Shown here: one piece after another, positions 1 through 13,275 of the stretch
Position numbering within the stretch: the first letter of the stretch is position 1
Layout of the letters: each line of letters opens with the position of its first letter
From: Eutreptiella sp. 'Long Island Sound 2002'
Lineage: Eukaryota; Protista; Euglenida
Direction: 5' to 3'
DNA length: 64,000 nt
NCBI GenBank assembly: GCA_964036045.1
Contig: OZ038378.1
Location: 5,146,001-5,210,000, forward strand
Position numbers and translations under genes: made by a program
Notes under the pieces: generated by a model
The model's database searches: none
Seen by the model: the letters and a program-made list of their open reading frames with translations, nothing else
Told to the model about the DNA's origin: nothing

Positions 1-94
1 TTTCAGCAGAACCTACAAGATGTGAACAAGGTGCGAGATTATACGTGGACCGCATGATTCCGGCCCCCCAGCCTGACGGTGCAACCAGCCATAC

Positions 95-644
95 CTAGAA
101 ATCTCCATGCTCTGTTGGTACCCCTTCTTCATAGTCTCCATTGTGGACATCAACTCCACTTCACGGTGCTCCTTATCACGTGTCTTCGCATCCAGCTCTT
201 GTTGCGTGAGGTCCAGTTTGTGGCGGTAGTTCTCCTTCTCAGAGTTCAACTGAATGGTCTTCTCCACGTACTCCTTGTCCTTTTTCTCGTGCAGGGCATT
301 CAGCTGTACCACCTGCAGCCCATTGCACGTGTGCATGCGCCCACCACCTGCAAAACACCATTCCTTCCCTGGCCAGCCCGACCCCTCCGCCTCAGCCAGC
401 CCCTCAAAAGAGCGCCCAAAACGGCAACAAACTAAATGGTACATGGGGCCACCCAATAAATAGCTTCCGATGCAGAGATACTGCGGTTCCAAATGCCGGC
501 AGTCGAGATTTGGTTTGTGTTAAGGGGATGGATCGGGTCACAAAAGTTGGTTGGGCACCATGCAGTACAATCGGTGCCATGCTTTTTGGACCTACTTGTT
601 GATCGAACTCAGTCGTGCGTGCGTGTGTCTGTCTGTCTGTGTGT

Positions 645-697
<53 letters not shown>

Positions 698-3351
698 GTT
701 CTGGGCAATGTGTCAAACCCCAAAGTCAACTCCTTAGGCTATGGTGCGCGAATAGGCCCAAAAGGCGCGGGGGGGGGGGGGGGCTTGAGGCGGTTTCCAT
801 TTTCGCAGGCCCCCTGCGGAGGTGACTTGGCGACTTTGAATCGAGAGATGTGTGAGCTGCCTGCTGCACTTGCCTCAGTCCGTCCGCACACACCTGCCGC
901 ACTAAGGACTCATTCTCGGATTTCATTCTGGTGAGCTGTTCAAAGAACTGCTTTTCACGGTGCTCTGCCTGAGCCTTGTCTGCATTGCTCTTGGTCTTCA
1001 TGGAATCCATCTGGACACAGCGTTGTGCGCAAGCGATGGCCGGGCAGTGCACAGCAGAGGGCAGCGGGAAAGAGGCACAGCAGTGGGAAGGGGAGGATCG
1101 CAGGGCACGGCATACGTCTTCTGTTCATCGCAGACAAACACCAACACATGATCCCAACGAGCTCCGTTGCCCAACTCTGACCACCCCCCGCTGGGCCTAA
1201 TTGACTGAACTGCCTCAAGGCGCTACCCAGGCTTGGATGAAGGACAGCCGCCCCACCCGTTCAAAGAGCAGGAAAAGGCCTGCCAAGTGCGGAGACAGGG
1301 TTCAGGGCTTTTTGGACAAACCACTGCCACGCCGTGCCCTGGAACACATGGACCGCCACACCACCACCACCGAACCAAAACGAGGGATGTCTGCCAGGCT
1401 TCATTGACGTGGGAAAGGAAACGGGCTGTCTGGGGCCAGTGCCAAGCAACACAGTCCGGTGGATCTGGAGGGAACTACACTCAAAGGGCATCACAAAACC
1501 GTCAGCCAGCCAACATGCACAGCATCAGCCCGCAGACGTTGCCAAACCGGACGTAAATCAACCTCCAAAACGCACTTTGGACGTGGCTACAGGAGCGAGC
1601 CATGGGTTGTACTCCACTTGGGACGCTACTACAGTACCAAGCCATGCATGCAACTCCCCTTTGGATGGTCGTAGCAATGGGACCAGCGAACATTCCAGAG
1701 TGTAGTTCAGCGGTATCGTTGCTGTTCACGTCGTCCAGGGACGCGCCTGGCCAAAGAGCACCAGCATCGGGCAGTGTGCCCACAACTTTCAGTCCTTGTA
1801 CCGCTGTTTGGACACAGCGTGGGGGGGGATATCCGCTGTGAGGTCCGCCTGATATGTCATGATACACGTTGGAGGAGATGCTTCAACCGAATCCCGCACC
1901 AGAAACTGCATCGATTGGGATCCGGATTTCCGGATTTCCGGATTTCCGGAGGGACGTTGTTCGACCAAAGCGACACGACAATCTCCCCAGGAGGTCTCCC
2001 AGGCGGTTCAAAGGGCAAGTACCTGCACCGTGTGTACCACAGAGGCGCTCATTCGAGACTCCCCTTCAACGGGCACTTGAGAGCACACGAGGCTATGAGA
2101 CAGTCCCTTGGGCCGACCCCCCCGATGCAAGAAACCCGCTGCGTGGGTTAGAGCCGGGCGCTGTGGGTCTGCAACGGCACGCGGGGCAAACACAGCCCCG
2201 AGGGCTACCTGCGCATTTGTCGCCAACTGCCGCTCGTACGCCGTGTTCTCGCTCTGTTTCGCGTCCGCCTGCAGCTGCTCGTACTTGGATCGCCAGCCGT
2301 CGACCTCCGCCTTCAACGTCGTCGTGCTCTCAAAAGCTTCCTTCTCCGCCTTCTCAAATGCCTCCTGCAGCTGCTTCAGCCGGAGATGGAGGGAGTCAAT
2401 CTCCGACGCACTGAACGTGCTCTTCTCAAAATGCTCCTTGTCCTTCTTCTCCAACTCGTTCGTGGTCTGCACCGCCAGCTTCTTGAAGTGCTCCAGTTCG
2501 CTCTTCATTGCCACGCTCTTCTCGAACGAGTCCTTATCACGCCTTTTGGGGGCACATGGGGAGGAGGTGTTGGGGGACTTTGACACGACGCACTCGCAGC
2601 AGAACGCTAACACCCCCAACGGGCAGTCGAGCTCAGCACTGCCGGGGGTGAGGACAACGCGATGGTTGCAGATCGTCCTCACCCGTGCTTCGTGCCCCGC
2701 CCTGCTACAGCAGGTAGACAGGCTCCTGGGAAGTGCTAGCCTCGCGTGACGGCTGATTGGCTACCCATCGGACTCTGCCGGACCAGCTATGGTGGAATTT
2801 CTCTCCAATCCCTTTATTCCTTGCAACTTGCGCCCCAAATATCTCAAAACTGGTGGTATTTACCCCTTTTTTACGACGTGCTCAATGCGACCGGAGGGGG
2901 GCCCCCTTGAGCAAGCGGCGAAGCCCTGTCCCAAGGGGTGCGGCCCTTTGCCGTTGCCCATTGAAGGAAGAAGTGTGGATGATTCCGGTGGAGAGTCCAG
3001 GAGCGTTGCCATCCTCTCAAAGGAGTCCTCATCGCCCCTTTTGGGGGGGGGGGGGGGAGTACGTTGGTCGAGGGTATGTGGTTCGGGGATGGGGGCAGGA
3101 GGGACTGAGTACGGGAAGGGCAGTTGCACTGGCTTGGGTGGGGGGGTCCCGTACCGTAATGGCTGATTGGTCGCTGTGTAGGACGATCGGGACCCGCTGC
3201 CATGTGTGTTGTGTGACCTGCTTGTCCATGGAGATCATTTGCGTCTTCAAGAGTGGGCGGGGGGCGGGGGTGCAGATATGTGGACTGACGGCTCAGCATG
3301 GCAGCAAATTGCCTCGGGGGCGTCCACTGCCCTGCCCCGCGCCCCCCCCTC

Positions 3352-3394
<43 letters not shown>

Positions 3395-6300
3395 GCCACA
3401 AGCTTCACATGCTGTGATTCCCAGAACAGTGAAGCTTATCGGCACTGATGTCGGAAATGCAACACAGGGCTCGGAGGCTCCACATCGCCAAGTGTCGTCC
3501 ATCGTGACACATACTCAAAATGACAAGAACCAAACAATTTGCACAGCAAGGCGGCCCAAAACCTTCCCCAAACAATGCAGAAATATGACAAAAGACACAT
3601 ATACATCGTTGTACGACGGCGGTTGCCCAAAAACCGGCGTTTGTGAAAAATCCACGTGGACATGCGTATATTTTCAATTTGACCAGTGGCACGACCAGCG
3701 TTGAATTAAAGCCCGAGCACACCTAGAGTTTTCTGTGGATTGTGGATGTTGTGTCTGTAGACGCCGTACTGTCCGGCGTCTCTCTATCATGATGCGGGGG
3801 GGAGGGGGGGGGGGCTCATAGCCACCAAGTTCAGCGGTGATAACAGGTTCACAGACGCCCTGGGAGTCAGTGGCGTTGGGGACCAGAAGGTGGTACGGAC
3901 GGTTCCCACGACTCGAGGAGTGGTCTCGCCCTGTGCCTGTGCCATGTTTGGGGTTGGCGGGAAGAGGGCAGGCAGTTTGCATTCATGAAACCCCACTGGT
4001 GTGAAGGACGGCGGCCCGGCGACAACAGTCTCATGTGTTTGCGACGCGGGGTGTGTGACTCCCTATCTTGGAGCTGCGACCCTTCGGCGGCGACACTCGC
4101 TGGTTGCGGACGGCATGGTCTACCCTCCCGTGGACCTCCAACCCGGGTGGGGTCTGTGCTGAGGTGGGCTTTGGGGGGGGCGGTCCGGGTCCTCTTCCGG
4201 AGGTTCCCGGTAAAGCACTTCCATGGGCAATGGGGACGGTCACAGCAGGCTTGACAGACACTTGTGGTGATGGGGACTTTCGTCGTCCCTCATCCGCCAA
4301 TCTGCGCTTGTTCAGTACTTCTGATCCCCATGTAGGAGGGGGTTTGTAACCACTGGACTTCGGCACCAATAACATCCCGCAGCTGGAGGATATGGCAGGG
4401 GCAGCAGGGTGCGAGGGTTGGGCAGCCAGGGGTAGGGACGGGTACCTCTCAGACTCCGTCTGAGTCTGCAAGAAATCCGTCTTCGTCTGATCAAGGTCCT
4501 CGTTGAGGCGGTTGTTGGTCGCTGTCAACTGGTCCACCCGTTGTTTTTGCATCTCCATTTCCCGCATCAGCTGGTCAGCTTGCACGGACTTCTCCTTGAC
4601 AAGCTGATCATACTGGTCCTCAACCGTCAGAATCTTCTGGTGGGCCTCCTCGAGCTTTCCCTCCAACACCTCATTCTTCTTCTTCATATCAAACATCATA
4701 TCCTGCTTGCGCTTGGCCTCATCTTTCGCGGTGTCCAGCTGCGAGTTCAGCAGCCCCAACATGATCGTGTTTTTCACATCGTCTCGTTCCTTGTGCTCAA
4801 TGTTGGCTTGCAGATGAGCCGTCTGAGACGTGTGCCAGCGACAACAAGAACGGGCGTACGAAAGTACACAAACACCCCAGCTGACGAAGCTAAAGAAATA
4901 GCACACCCAAAGCGTACACAAGCACTCCACACACAAAACAAGACATATGACAAGCAAGCACAAAACAGCACACGAATAGACCGTGCGCCAAAAAAATCAG
5001 CACGGACAGAACAGACAATTCAGGACAAGCAGAATGGGATGCACAACGGCATATGTCACGGCACAGTCACACAAAATAAAAAACACATACACACACACAG
5101 ACACACACACACACACACACACACCGATGCAAAAGAACACAGAAATCCCCGACTACTGATCCCGCATCAAGGAACCCGGATGATAGATCACTTCAGCGCA
5201 CTTCAGGTCCGTCAGTCTGTGCCATGGAGTAGCCAGCCCATCAGGGGCTCCTGCCATCGCCTGCCTGCCAACCAACCGCAGATTGAGATGAATCAAGCTT
5301 CCCGGCACGTGACTGGCGTGGATCATGCACAGAAACACCCTGTAACCGGGCGGGGTAGCACACACACACACACACACACACTTCGTGCGGGAAAACCAGT
5401 GGGGACCAAACGCGGGGCACAACGTCAGTGAACACACACACACACACACACACACACGCCGCCACCACCACCACCACCACCACCACCACCACACCACCAC
5501 CACACCCGCCGCCGCCGCTGCCACCACCAGACCCAGGCACCACAGCACGCTCACAACAAAACACGCAACACAGAAAAGCACACCAGACAGCACACAAATG
5601 TTCAGCGTATACAGAACAGCACGCAAACACCGACAAACAGCATACACCACACAAGCAACAGCACAGCACCACGAGCACATGGGCGGCATCGCTCCTACAA
5701 GCCCGCTACGAAGCAGCAGAAACCCAACCATACACACATTATATACTGAGCATCACAATTCCGCACGTTACTGGGAGCTGGTTCAGGGGTCTGAAGACAC
5801 CTGCTGCTTATACTTATCCAGTTCTGTGTGCAACAGTTTCATCAGAATTGTATTCTCGGTGTCATCCTTCTCCTTGTCGCTTTTCTTTTGACTCAATGAA
5901 GCTTTCATTTCATCAATCTCGGCCTGGGTAGAGTTCCTCAGGCTGTCAAGTTCCTTCTGCTTCCGCTCGTTCTCCTGGCAGTCACAGAGACGGGCGTCAA
6001 TAGAACAGGCGAGTGCGGCTGGTAGGGCGGGGCTGGTCGGCAGTCACAAAGACAGGAGGTCTCAGGGACATAGATCGTGCGAGACTGGCAGGTACAGAGT
6101 GCCAATTGCGGTCACAGCTGGGCTGTACTTCGTGCCAAAAGACAACCGGATTCCGGTATGCCTGGGCCACAGCAGAGAGCCAACCAGTAACCGCAGTAAC
6201 CGGGCATCCTGTTGGGCTTTGACCAGCACCGTCGGTTCAGCGCCCCACGCCGCTTCACCACCATTCCAAAAAGATGAGAATCATCTCATTTCTACAGGAC

Positions 6301-8045
6301 AGTGCTGAGTTGCACAGACAGGGGCGGTCTCAGTCACAGGGACATGCGGGGACAGCGGACCACACTTTCTTTGCAGGTGAGGCTTGAAAGTCACACTCAG
6401 TAAAACAGGGGCTGATAAGCACAGAAAGGCGTTCCAACGATGTTGGCTGCGTGTCTGCACGAGGGAGTGCAACAAGAATATTGCGGAATACGGGATGCAG
6501 CGATGCTGAACCAATGTGCATGGAACACACCCGAGGTGCACACCTGTGGATTGTGAGACACACACCACATACACTTCGAGAGAAATTGGGGTCGCCCACA
6601 GGTACCCATACGGGTATAGCTGTACACTTACGGCTGCGTACGGCTCGGCTTGGAGCTCGCACACAGCTGTGTGTGGCAAGCAAAAACAAGGATACATGTA
6701 TTTTTGTGTCTCGGGGTCTGTGTCCGCCTGTCGACAGCCAAAAAAACTGCAAAGTAAATCGTAATGTAAAGCTGGAAATTGACAAGCAAAGCCCAATCCC
6801 AACAGGATTGCAACAGATTCCATGCGTTCCTTCTTGAGGAGGTAATGAAAACCCATAGACCAGAGAGAAATACTGCACCGCAGCCACGTGTCGCAGTGAT
6901 ATGTGTATTGCATCCCCATTTTGTTCTCCAGGGGTTGCCACTGCACACGCTACCATGCGCATCCCATACCATGCACATGTATTGGGGATCGGACCTTGGG
7001 TTCCAGCCATACACAAGCATCGACCCTAGCCCTGCATAGCTGTGCGCATTAGCCCGCCGTGCTTAATATATCCGGCTCTGCAGTGTACCCCGTACACAAC
7101 CCTAAACGGCTTTTTAAATTTATTGATTAACTTTTAATGTATCACTTCCCCTTGCCAAACGTGGCGGGTCCCGTGCGCCAATGACGGCGTTTTGTTTCTT
7201 GCATCAGTGCACCGCAGAAGAACCAGAGGCACTTTTCTCGAAACTTCGTTGTGAAGGCACTTGTTCCATTTGTTTTGTTTCTCTATCATGACTGATGCAA
7301 CTGGACTGCCCAGAGTCATCGTCGGACATTGCTTTGGAAAAAGAAACATCAGATAGTCGCACCCTCCCCAATGCAACTCGCCCTGGAAGCGACCGGTAGC
7401 ATACCGGTATCACACTTCTGGAGCCTGGGATCCACTCCATACACACTTTCAGCAATTTGGGGACATGCAGGAACACCAAATCAGAGTCTCACAGACCTGT
7501 TTCATGACCTCGAGTTGAGTCCGAAGGGAATCCAGTTCCTGGGACATATCCTCTGTGTTGCTGAGAAACTCCTGCTCCTTGCGCTGCACCTCCGAGTGGA
7601 ATTGGGATAATTTCATTTGGGCCACCTCCAGCTCGTTGCTCAAGTGCGCCGCACGTTTGGTCTCCCCCTCCAAGTCGCCTTGGGTCGAAACAAAGCCACG
7701 ATTCTGAGCAAACACTTTCTCGTTCAAATCATTGATCTCTTTGTCCTTTTCCTCAAGCAACTGCAATTGCTGGATCTCACGCTCACGGTCCCGGAGATTC
7801 CGATCCGCATCCTCTTTCGCCCGGCGGTCCTCTTCCTCCTTCCTGCGTTGCTGCTCTGCAAGCTGTTGCCGTTTGGCTTCCTCCTGCTGTCGCTTCTGAG
7901 CTGCTTCCTCTGCTTCCTTCTTCTTTTCCTGCTCTTCAGCCTGTAGCCTTTGAGCCTCCAGTTGAGCCTGCTGTTGCTTTGCTGCCTCCTCAACCTCTTT
8001 GGCAGCTTGATCGTCCTTGCCTCCTTTCCCTTTTTTGGGGGCCAT
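95..8045 (-). CDS. Long coiled-coil protein (possibly flagellar/cytoskeletal), at least 6 exons, continues past the left edge. Exons 8045-7497, 5974-5801, 4822-4446, 2542-2209, 1010-894, 312-95
   Basis: Starts MAPKKGKGGKDD with E/K/Q-rich heptads throughout. All junctions are GT-AG with consistent phases (0,0,2,0,0,2), e.g. MKQ|gtctgt...gccag|ENERKQ and GAG AG|gtaccc...caaaag|G CGT. TTCTTTCAG acceptor 10 nt upstream of the ATG. Confidence 0.85.
615..690. repeat. (GT)n microsatellite (intronic)
   Basis: Direct dinucleotide run. Confidence 0.95.
1459..1700 (+). mobile_element. Possible decayed reverse-transcriptase fragment (DIRS/LTR-like)
   Basis: Translation WVVLHLGRYYSTKPCMQLPFGWS resembles the RT 'LPFG' motif region. 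No YxDD found. Confidence 0.3.
3352..3393. repeat. (CCG)n microsatellite
   Basis: About 14 perfect CCG units. Confidence 0.95.
5087..5525. repeat. Compound (CA)n / (CCA)n microsatellite cluster
   Basis: CA runs at about 5087-5122, 5360-5380 and 5432-5456, followed by CCA repeats. Confidence 0.9.
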
Positions 8046-8846
8046 AGTGGAACGGCTGAAAGAACCGGAGATGCTTCGCAGCAAAAGAAGGCACGGACAA
8101 CATCGTGAATGTCCAGAATAGCAGAATGTCGAGTGGCAAAGTGCCGTATTCCTTGCGGCCATGTGGTGGCAAAGCGCTTTGCTTGCCACCCAATCCTATT
8201 GCCTTCAGCAAGTGCACCCGTAGCGAATAGCCCCTAACCACACACCACCAAGTGGCCCTAGAGTTTTGCCTATCAATCTAGAGATCGCTTGAAAACAGCC
8301 CTTTCAAAGGCAAATCGACACCCAATAAGTGGGCCTAACTGGTCCTACACGGCTTTCCATGGATTATGTATTCTTCCATTGTCACCAAATGATGACGCCT
8401 GGGCCAAGGCACCCAGCAATTTTCGGAGGTCGCCCAAAGATTGCGATTCTTCAGCCAACCCATGCCAACCTGAAAATGGCCAAGTCCTCAGGGGCCCAAT
8501 GGTACACTGACCGGGGGTACCCAGAGATAGAGCCCACGACCCAGCATTGGTTGGGGGGGATGCCACTATGCACATGGCTTCTACACATCAAATGCAACAA
8601 ATCCACCCTAATGACTTCACCTCCCATTGACGATACGTTGGAGGGATAGGGCAGGCAACGTCAAGACGCCCTCTATGCAGGTAAAACCATGGCAAAAATG
8701 ACGCAAGTTGAAAATTCTGAGAAGAGGACGTCAGGACAGGCTCCAAAACCTTCAAAAATGAATTTCTACCCTCAAAATAGGGTGGAGGGTCCCCTCACCC
8801 TGTGACTCCTCAAACCCCACCCCTTGGACTGCTTGTGGACGGATTT

Positions 8847-11520
8847 GGGGGGGGGGGTTGGCACAAGGCCTCGGTATCTGAGAAGCCTATTGGCCTCTCG
8901 CCACTGCTCATTCTGACCCTCTGTGGGCCCGAACGTGTTTTGGTTGTGTCAACGGATTTTGGAGGGGGGCGGTTAGACCTCCCCACACATGAAATCACCC
9001 AAATATGCTTCCAAGTGGACATAGTGAGCCAAGAAAGGTTGTCATCTTCAAGTAGCTTGCCAACTGTACGTACCTTTTCCATATGAGGGGGAAACTGAAA
9101 TATGCAAGGCGATGGTATTGTGCCACAGCAGCATAGCAGTGTGTCATAAGCCACTGAATTGTCTTCAAGAAAATTGACAGGCTGGCACAAAATCGAGAAG
9201 GCACGTGCAAACAAGCCTAAGAAACGCATGATGTTCCACACAACACTGCTGCCCATCTAAAAGGTGGGCAGGTTGCCTGTAGAGATCAGCATGCCGTGCT
9301 TCTCAGCAAAACTCTGGAAAAGAACGGACAGTTCGGCTTGAAACCAAGTTGGATCATGCACATATTGTACGAACGACATGATAAGCGAGATGTCTCCGAT
9401 GGCGGTAGATCGCAGCCCCCCCTCTGCAGGAGGGGCGCTAATGTAGTAGGCAGTATCCCCCAGGAATCCAGGCCTAGGGAAATGTTGTAGATAGTTTGTA
9501 GCGAGATGCTACCTGCTGTGGCACATAAATGGCACGGGCTGGAGTAAATGTGCCCTTTCATACTTCTGGATGCACCCACTGGTTTAAGTTTTCAGGAGGA
9601 AATTGTCTACGTTGCTTGCCTCAAGCCACTGGGAAAAACATTTTTGGTGAGTAACAGTAGGATAATTGGCCCTCTGCTCACAAGTGCTGCTTCTGCCCCT
9701 TGGTGTCCCTCATATGCCGGCACTGGCATGCTTCACATTCAATCATTCCCATGACCGCGAAATTTGGAGGGTGCTCACCACCATTAATGTGGGGAACATA
9801 ACACAGGGCCAGGGGTTGCGGGTCACCAAGTGTTACCCATCAGTGGTGGGCAGCATTGCAGCGGGGCCTTCCCCATTCAACCCCAGGCTTGCGCTCCTGG
9901 TTGGTAGACACCTGCACGGTGCCGCAGCTTTGGGGGACTTGTGGCGGGGGGAGGGGCGGCAAATCATAAAGACGGAGTCGGCTTGCTAGTGGGCACCCAC
10001 CCCGTAGACCCTGTCCCTTTAGTGCCCCTGAAGAGGCAGTCCCCTGAAGAGGACACTGAGGTTGGGGTGGGGTGGGGGCTTGCTCGCCAGTTGTTGGAAG
10101 GCTGTCTGATGTTGTTCCACTAGGGCCCTGCGGTGGGACCTAGGCGCTTGTGCACTTTAGTTGTGTGTTCTACCAGAGCCTGGTGGGGCCTTGGTGACTG
10201 TGTGCTTTGGGTATTATTTTTGTTAGGGGTTGTTTTCTTCTCCACAAAGCCCCTACAGCGGGGCTTGGGTAGCGCGCACGAGGCGCGAGGGGGGGGTTGC
10301 ACATCAACGTACATCACCGTGTTCCTTTCTCAAGACAGGATGTGTCACCATCGGGGCAAGGAGATGTTACTGTCCATGCACTTGTGGTACACCAATAGCA
10401 GGCCTTCAGATTGTCTCTCTCATCCGTTGTAAAGCGAAACTGCATCGTTCCTGCTTTGCTTTGCAACATCTTCGATGAACAGCACTACATTCCACAACCA
10501 TTGTTGGGCATTGATCAGTGCTGTCACGTTATCTACTTCCGCTTTCAAAAGCGGAAATCACACTTGGGACACTGGAGCACTGCACACTGCGGAGCAGCAG
10601 CACAGCCCTCCTCCTCGCCGCGCCACGCATTCGCAAATCCCACCCAGAGCCTATTTCCCCACAGCAGATGGCCCCGCGCAAGTGATGGGAGGGTCCAGAT
10701 TCACAACAAAAAAGGGGCCATTTGGTAATGCGAGTATGAGCAAGCCAGCGACAGCAAGAACAAGCAAGCACCATCCCATTGTGAAGCTTCCCGCTATACT
10801 GGGCTCACATCCGTGCCATCTTACGTTCATGACCACAAAAAACTGAAGTCAGAAGACAATGGTTAGACAGGGGGGCTTGGACAAGGCGGTGCTTGTACAA
10901 GGCAGGGGCGGATTGCATGGCGCAACTTGCGCGCCCACAAACCTCCGGAATGGCGATGACGGTGTTGTGGGTCATGTACAGGAGCAGATAGTCGAGGGGG
11001 GGCGGGTTATGGAAGGGAGCGTGTTCAAAGGTTTCCAGTCAAAATCCTTCCGACTGCTCTCTGCAAACCACCCCTTCCCCCTTGTCTACGCCCAGGTGCC
11101 CATACAATACGGTGCGCATGTCCGTAGCACTTCGGACACAACCGTAACACGCACGTGCCTTGTTGACGCATCTGCGTCCATTTTATAGTCAGATGCAACT
11201 GTGCAATCATATTCTACGTCGCCGGCCATGAGTGCACACAGCCCTGCGCCTTATCTTATAGGTGATTTGAATTCCAAACCCTCCTGTCTCAATGCCCCAT
11301 CCGCCCTCAGGATTTGCCTGTGTGGGTGTGGACCCTGTCCGCACAGGGCGGTGATCCAGATGCACGGCCACCTCAGCAGGCACCAGCAGCATGCTAGGAG
11401 AGAGGAAGAGGGTGTTGGACTGAGCCCTTATAGTTTGTTGGGCCGTGATCATGTGGATCAACACGATCCTGAGATTTGAACGGGGGACTGTCTTCATTCT
11501 GCAATGAATAAAATTGGGTT
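8847..11520 (-). mobile_element. Decayed non-LTR (LINE-like) retroelement remnant(s); 3' end TGCCAA-poly(C)
   Basis: APE-endonuclease-like C-terminal motif VHLDHRPV at 11342-11365 (cf. SDHxPV). Fragmented ORFs run down to a terminus GCCTTGTGCCAACCCCCCCCCCC at 8847-8869. Continuity between the pieces is inferred. Confidence 0.4.
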
Positions 11521-11574
11521 CCAAATCAACCAGAGACCAGGGGGAACACTAGACAACAGGGGGCCCCTTCGTTG

Positions 11575-11712
11575 GACCCATGCCCCCCTTCGTTAGACCC
11601 ATGCCCCCCTTCGGTAGATCCGTGCCTCCCTTCACTAGATCCATGCCCCCCTTCGTTACACCCATGCCCCCCTTCGGTAGATCCATGCCCCCCTTCGTTA
11701 GACCGATGCCCA
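11575..11712. repeat. 21-bp minisatellite, about 6.5 copies (GAYCCATGCCCCCCTTCGKTA)
   Basis: Direct tandem units visible. They generate the repetitive ORFs GGMGLTK/LDPCPPS. Confidence 0.9.
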
Positions 11713-13275
11713 TTGGCGGGTAAGGACGGCGACGAGTGGCATCTTCACAGGCCGGCACAAATGGACAACCTCAGAGCGAGGGCCAATGCGGGATGGCAGG
11801 CGGAAGGGGGTTCCCAGAATGGTACCTTGTCGTAGATGCATGGTCCCTTTGATCCAACCGCCCAGACGTCGATCTGGGAGGTGTTCCACAGACTGCAATG
11901 CCAGACAGACACGGCACTGAACATTGCCACGGCCAACACCAATAGACTGAACGTAGTCACAGCTCAGGGAGGTCCTCCGCGCTTCAGCAGATAATGTGGC
12001 AAAATCAACAGCAGGTGGCTGGGGGTGACGGAGGTCGACTGGTCAACCGACAGAGGTCGGCTTTTGAGCACCAACGGTTGAAACACGCCAACCCACCCCC
12101 CAGCGGCCCCAGAATGGGCCCCACTCTACCTGCCCTGCGGCTAGTGCAGCAACGCTTTTGGGGGGCCGAGATGGGGGGGCGGGGGGGTTGCATGCTGGCA
12201 CGTGTGCTAGAAGCGCATACTTTTGCACCAAGACACGGTTCCGTCGTAACAAAATGAACAATATGGACAGCACATCCCTTCTACAATTGGAGACAAGATC
12301 CGGTTCGTTTTATATTATAAATTCGCGATTTTGGGGGTCAGGGTGGGAGGGGCGCGGGCGGGGGGGGGGGGGGGCTGGGGAGTGTAGGGGCAGTGTGGAG
12401 GAGAGGTGGGGGGAGATTTGGGTGTGGGTGTGGGGGGGGGCGGGGGGGGGGGGGCTTTGTGCATAGTATCCGCACGTGAGGAAGCTCCGACTGCCATAAC
12501 GTTGCTGCTGGAATCAGGAGAAACGCCCCGAGTGTATCCTATCCTTGGGTTGCCTTCTGCTACTTCTTTGGGGATTTCTGTTGAGGCGATGGATTAGCCG
12601 ATAGATTCAGCAAGCGAAGAGGGCAACATCATGAAATCTAAGTTGACCATCAACTGTTGGTGGTTGGCAATCAAGCATCGGCGGTTGGGGGTCAACCGTC
12701 GCTGGAGCAGTCGACCTAATCGCCAGTGGCTGGTGGTCAACCGTCGCCGGAAGTCCCGCATTTTTCATAACAAAAAAAAATCCAAAGCCGTCCTCCAGGA
12801 ACGACCTGCTTCCCATTTGGGGTCCATTGGCAGAGGAGGCGGGGAGGGGGCATTGGTATGCAGGGCGCATTGCTGTGGGCCCTCCGCCCGGCAAAGTTGA
12901 TGTCAAAACGGTCTGTGATGAAGGTGTTGATGGTGATGGTGATGGGCCACGGCCTCGAAGAGGGCAGTGATGCAGTGGATTGGGACACTGAGAGGTGCAG
13001 AGGAGTCGTGGAGTTAGGAGGGTTGCTGTGTGTTCTGAATGGAGATACATTGACGGCGTTGCACTGTTGCGATCTCTCGTGTTCATGCATTTTGGGTATT
13101 TGAATCCCCCCAGCATTACGTAGTACCACCGGGCCTGATTGGGGGACTGCTGCGATCGGACAGGTTTCCGTGTGGTCCCGCACTGGGGGCAGTGCGCATC
13201 AGCCCGAGCCAGCGCAAAAGGCCCAAATCACGGGGCGGCGGATCGCTTGCTGGTGTAGACGGGGGATGCCGGTGC

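Noticed and set aside
5153-5931. Poly-His/Thr/Val/Cys ORFs (also at 493-934 and 62146-62641)
   Set aside because: Translations of CA/GT/CCA microsatellites.
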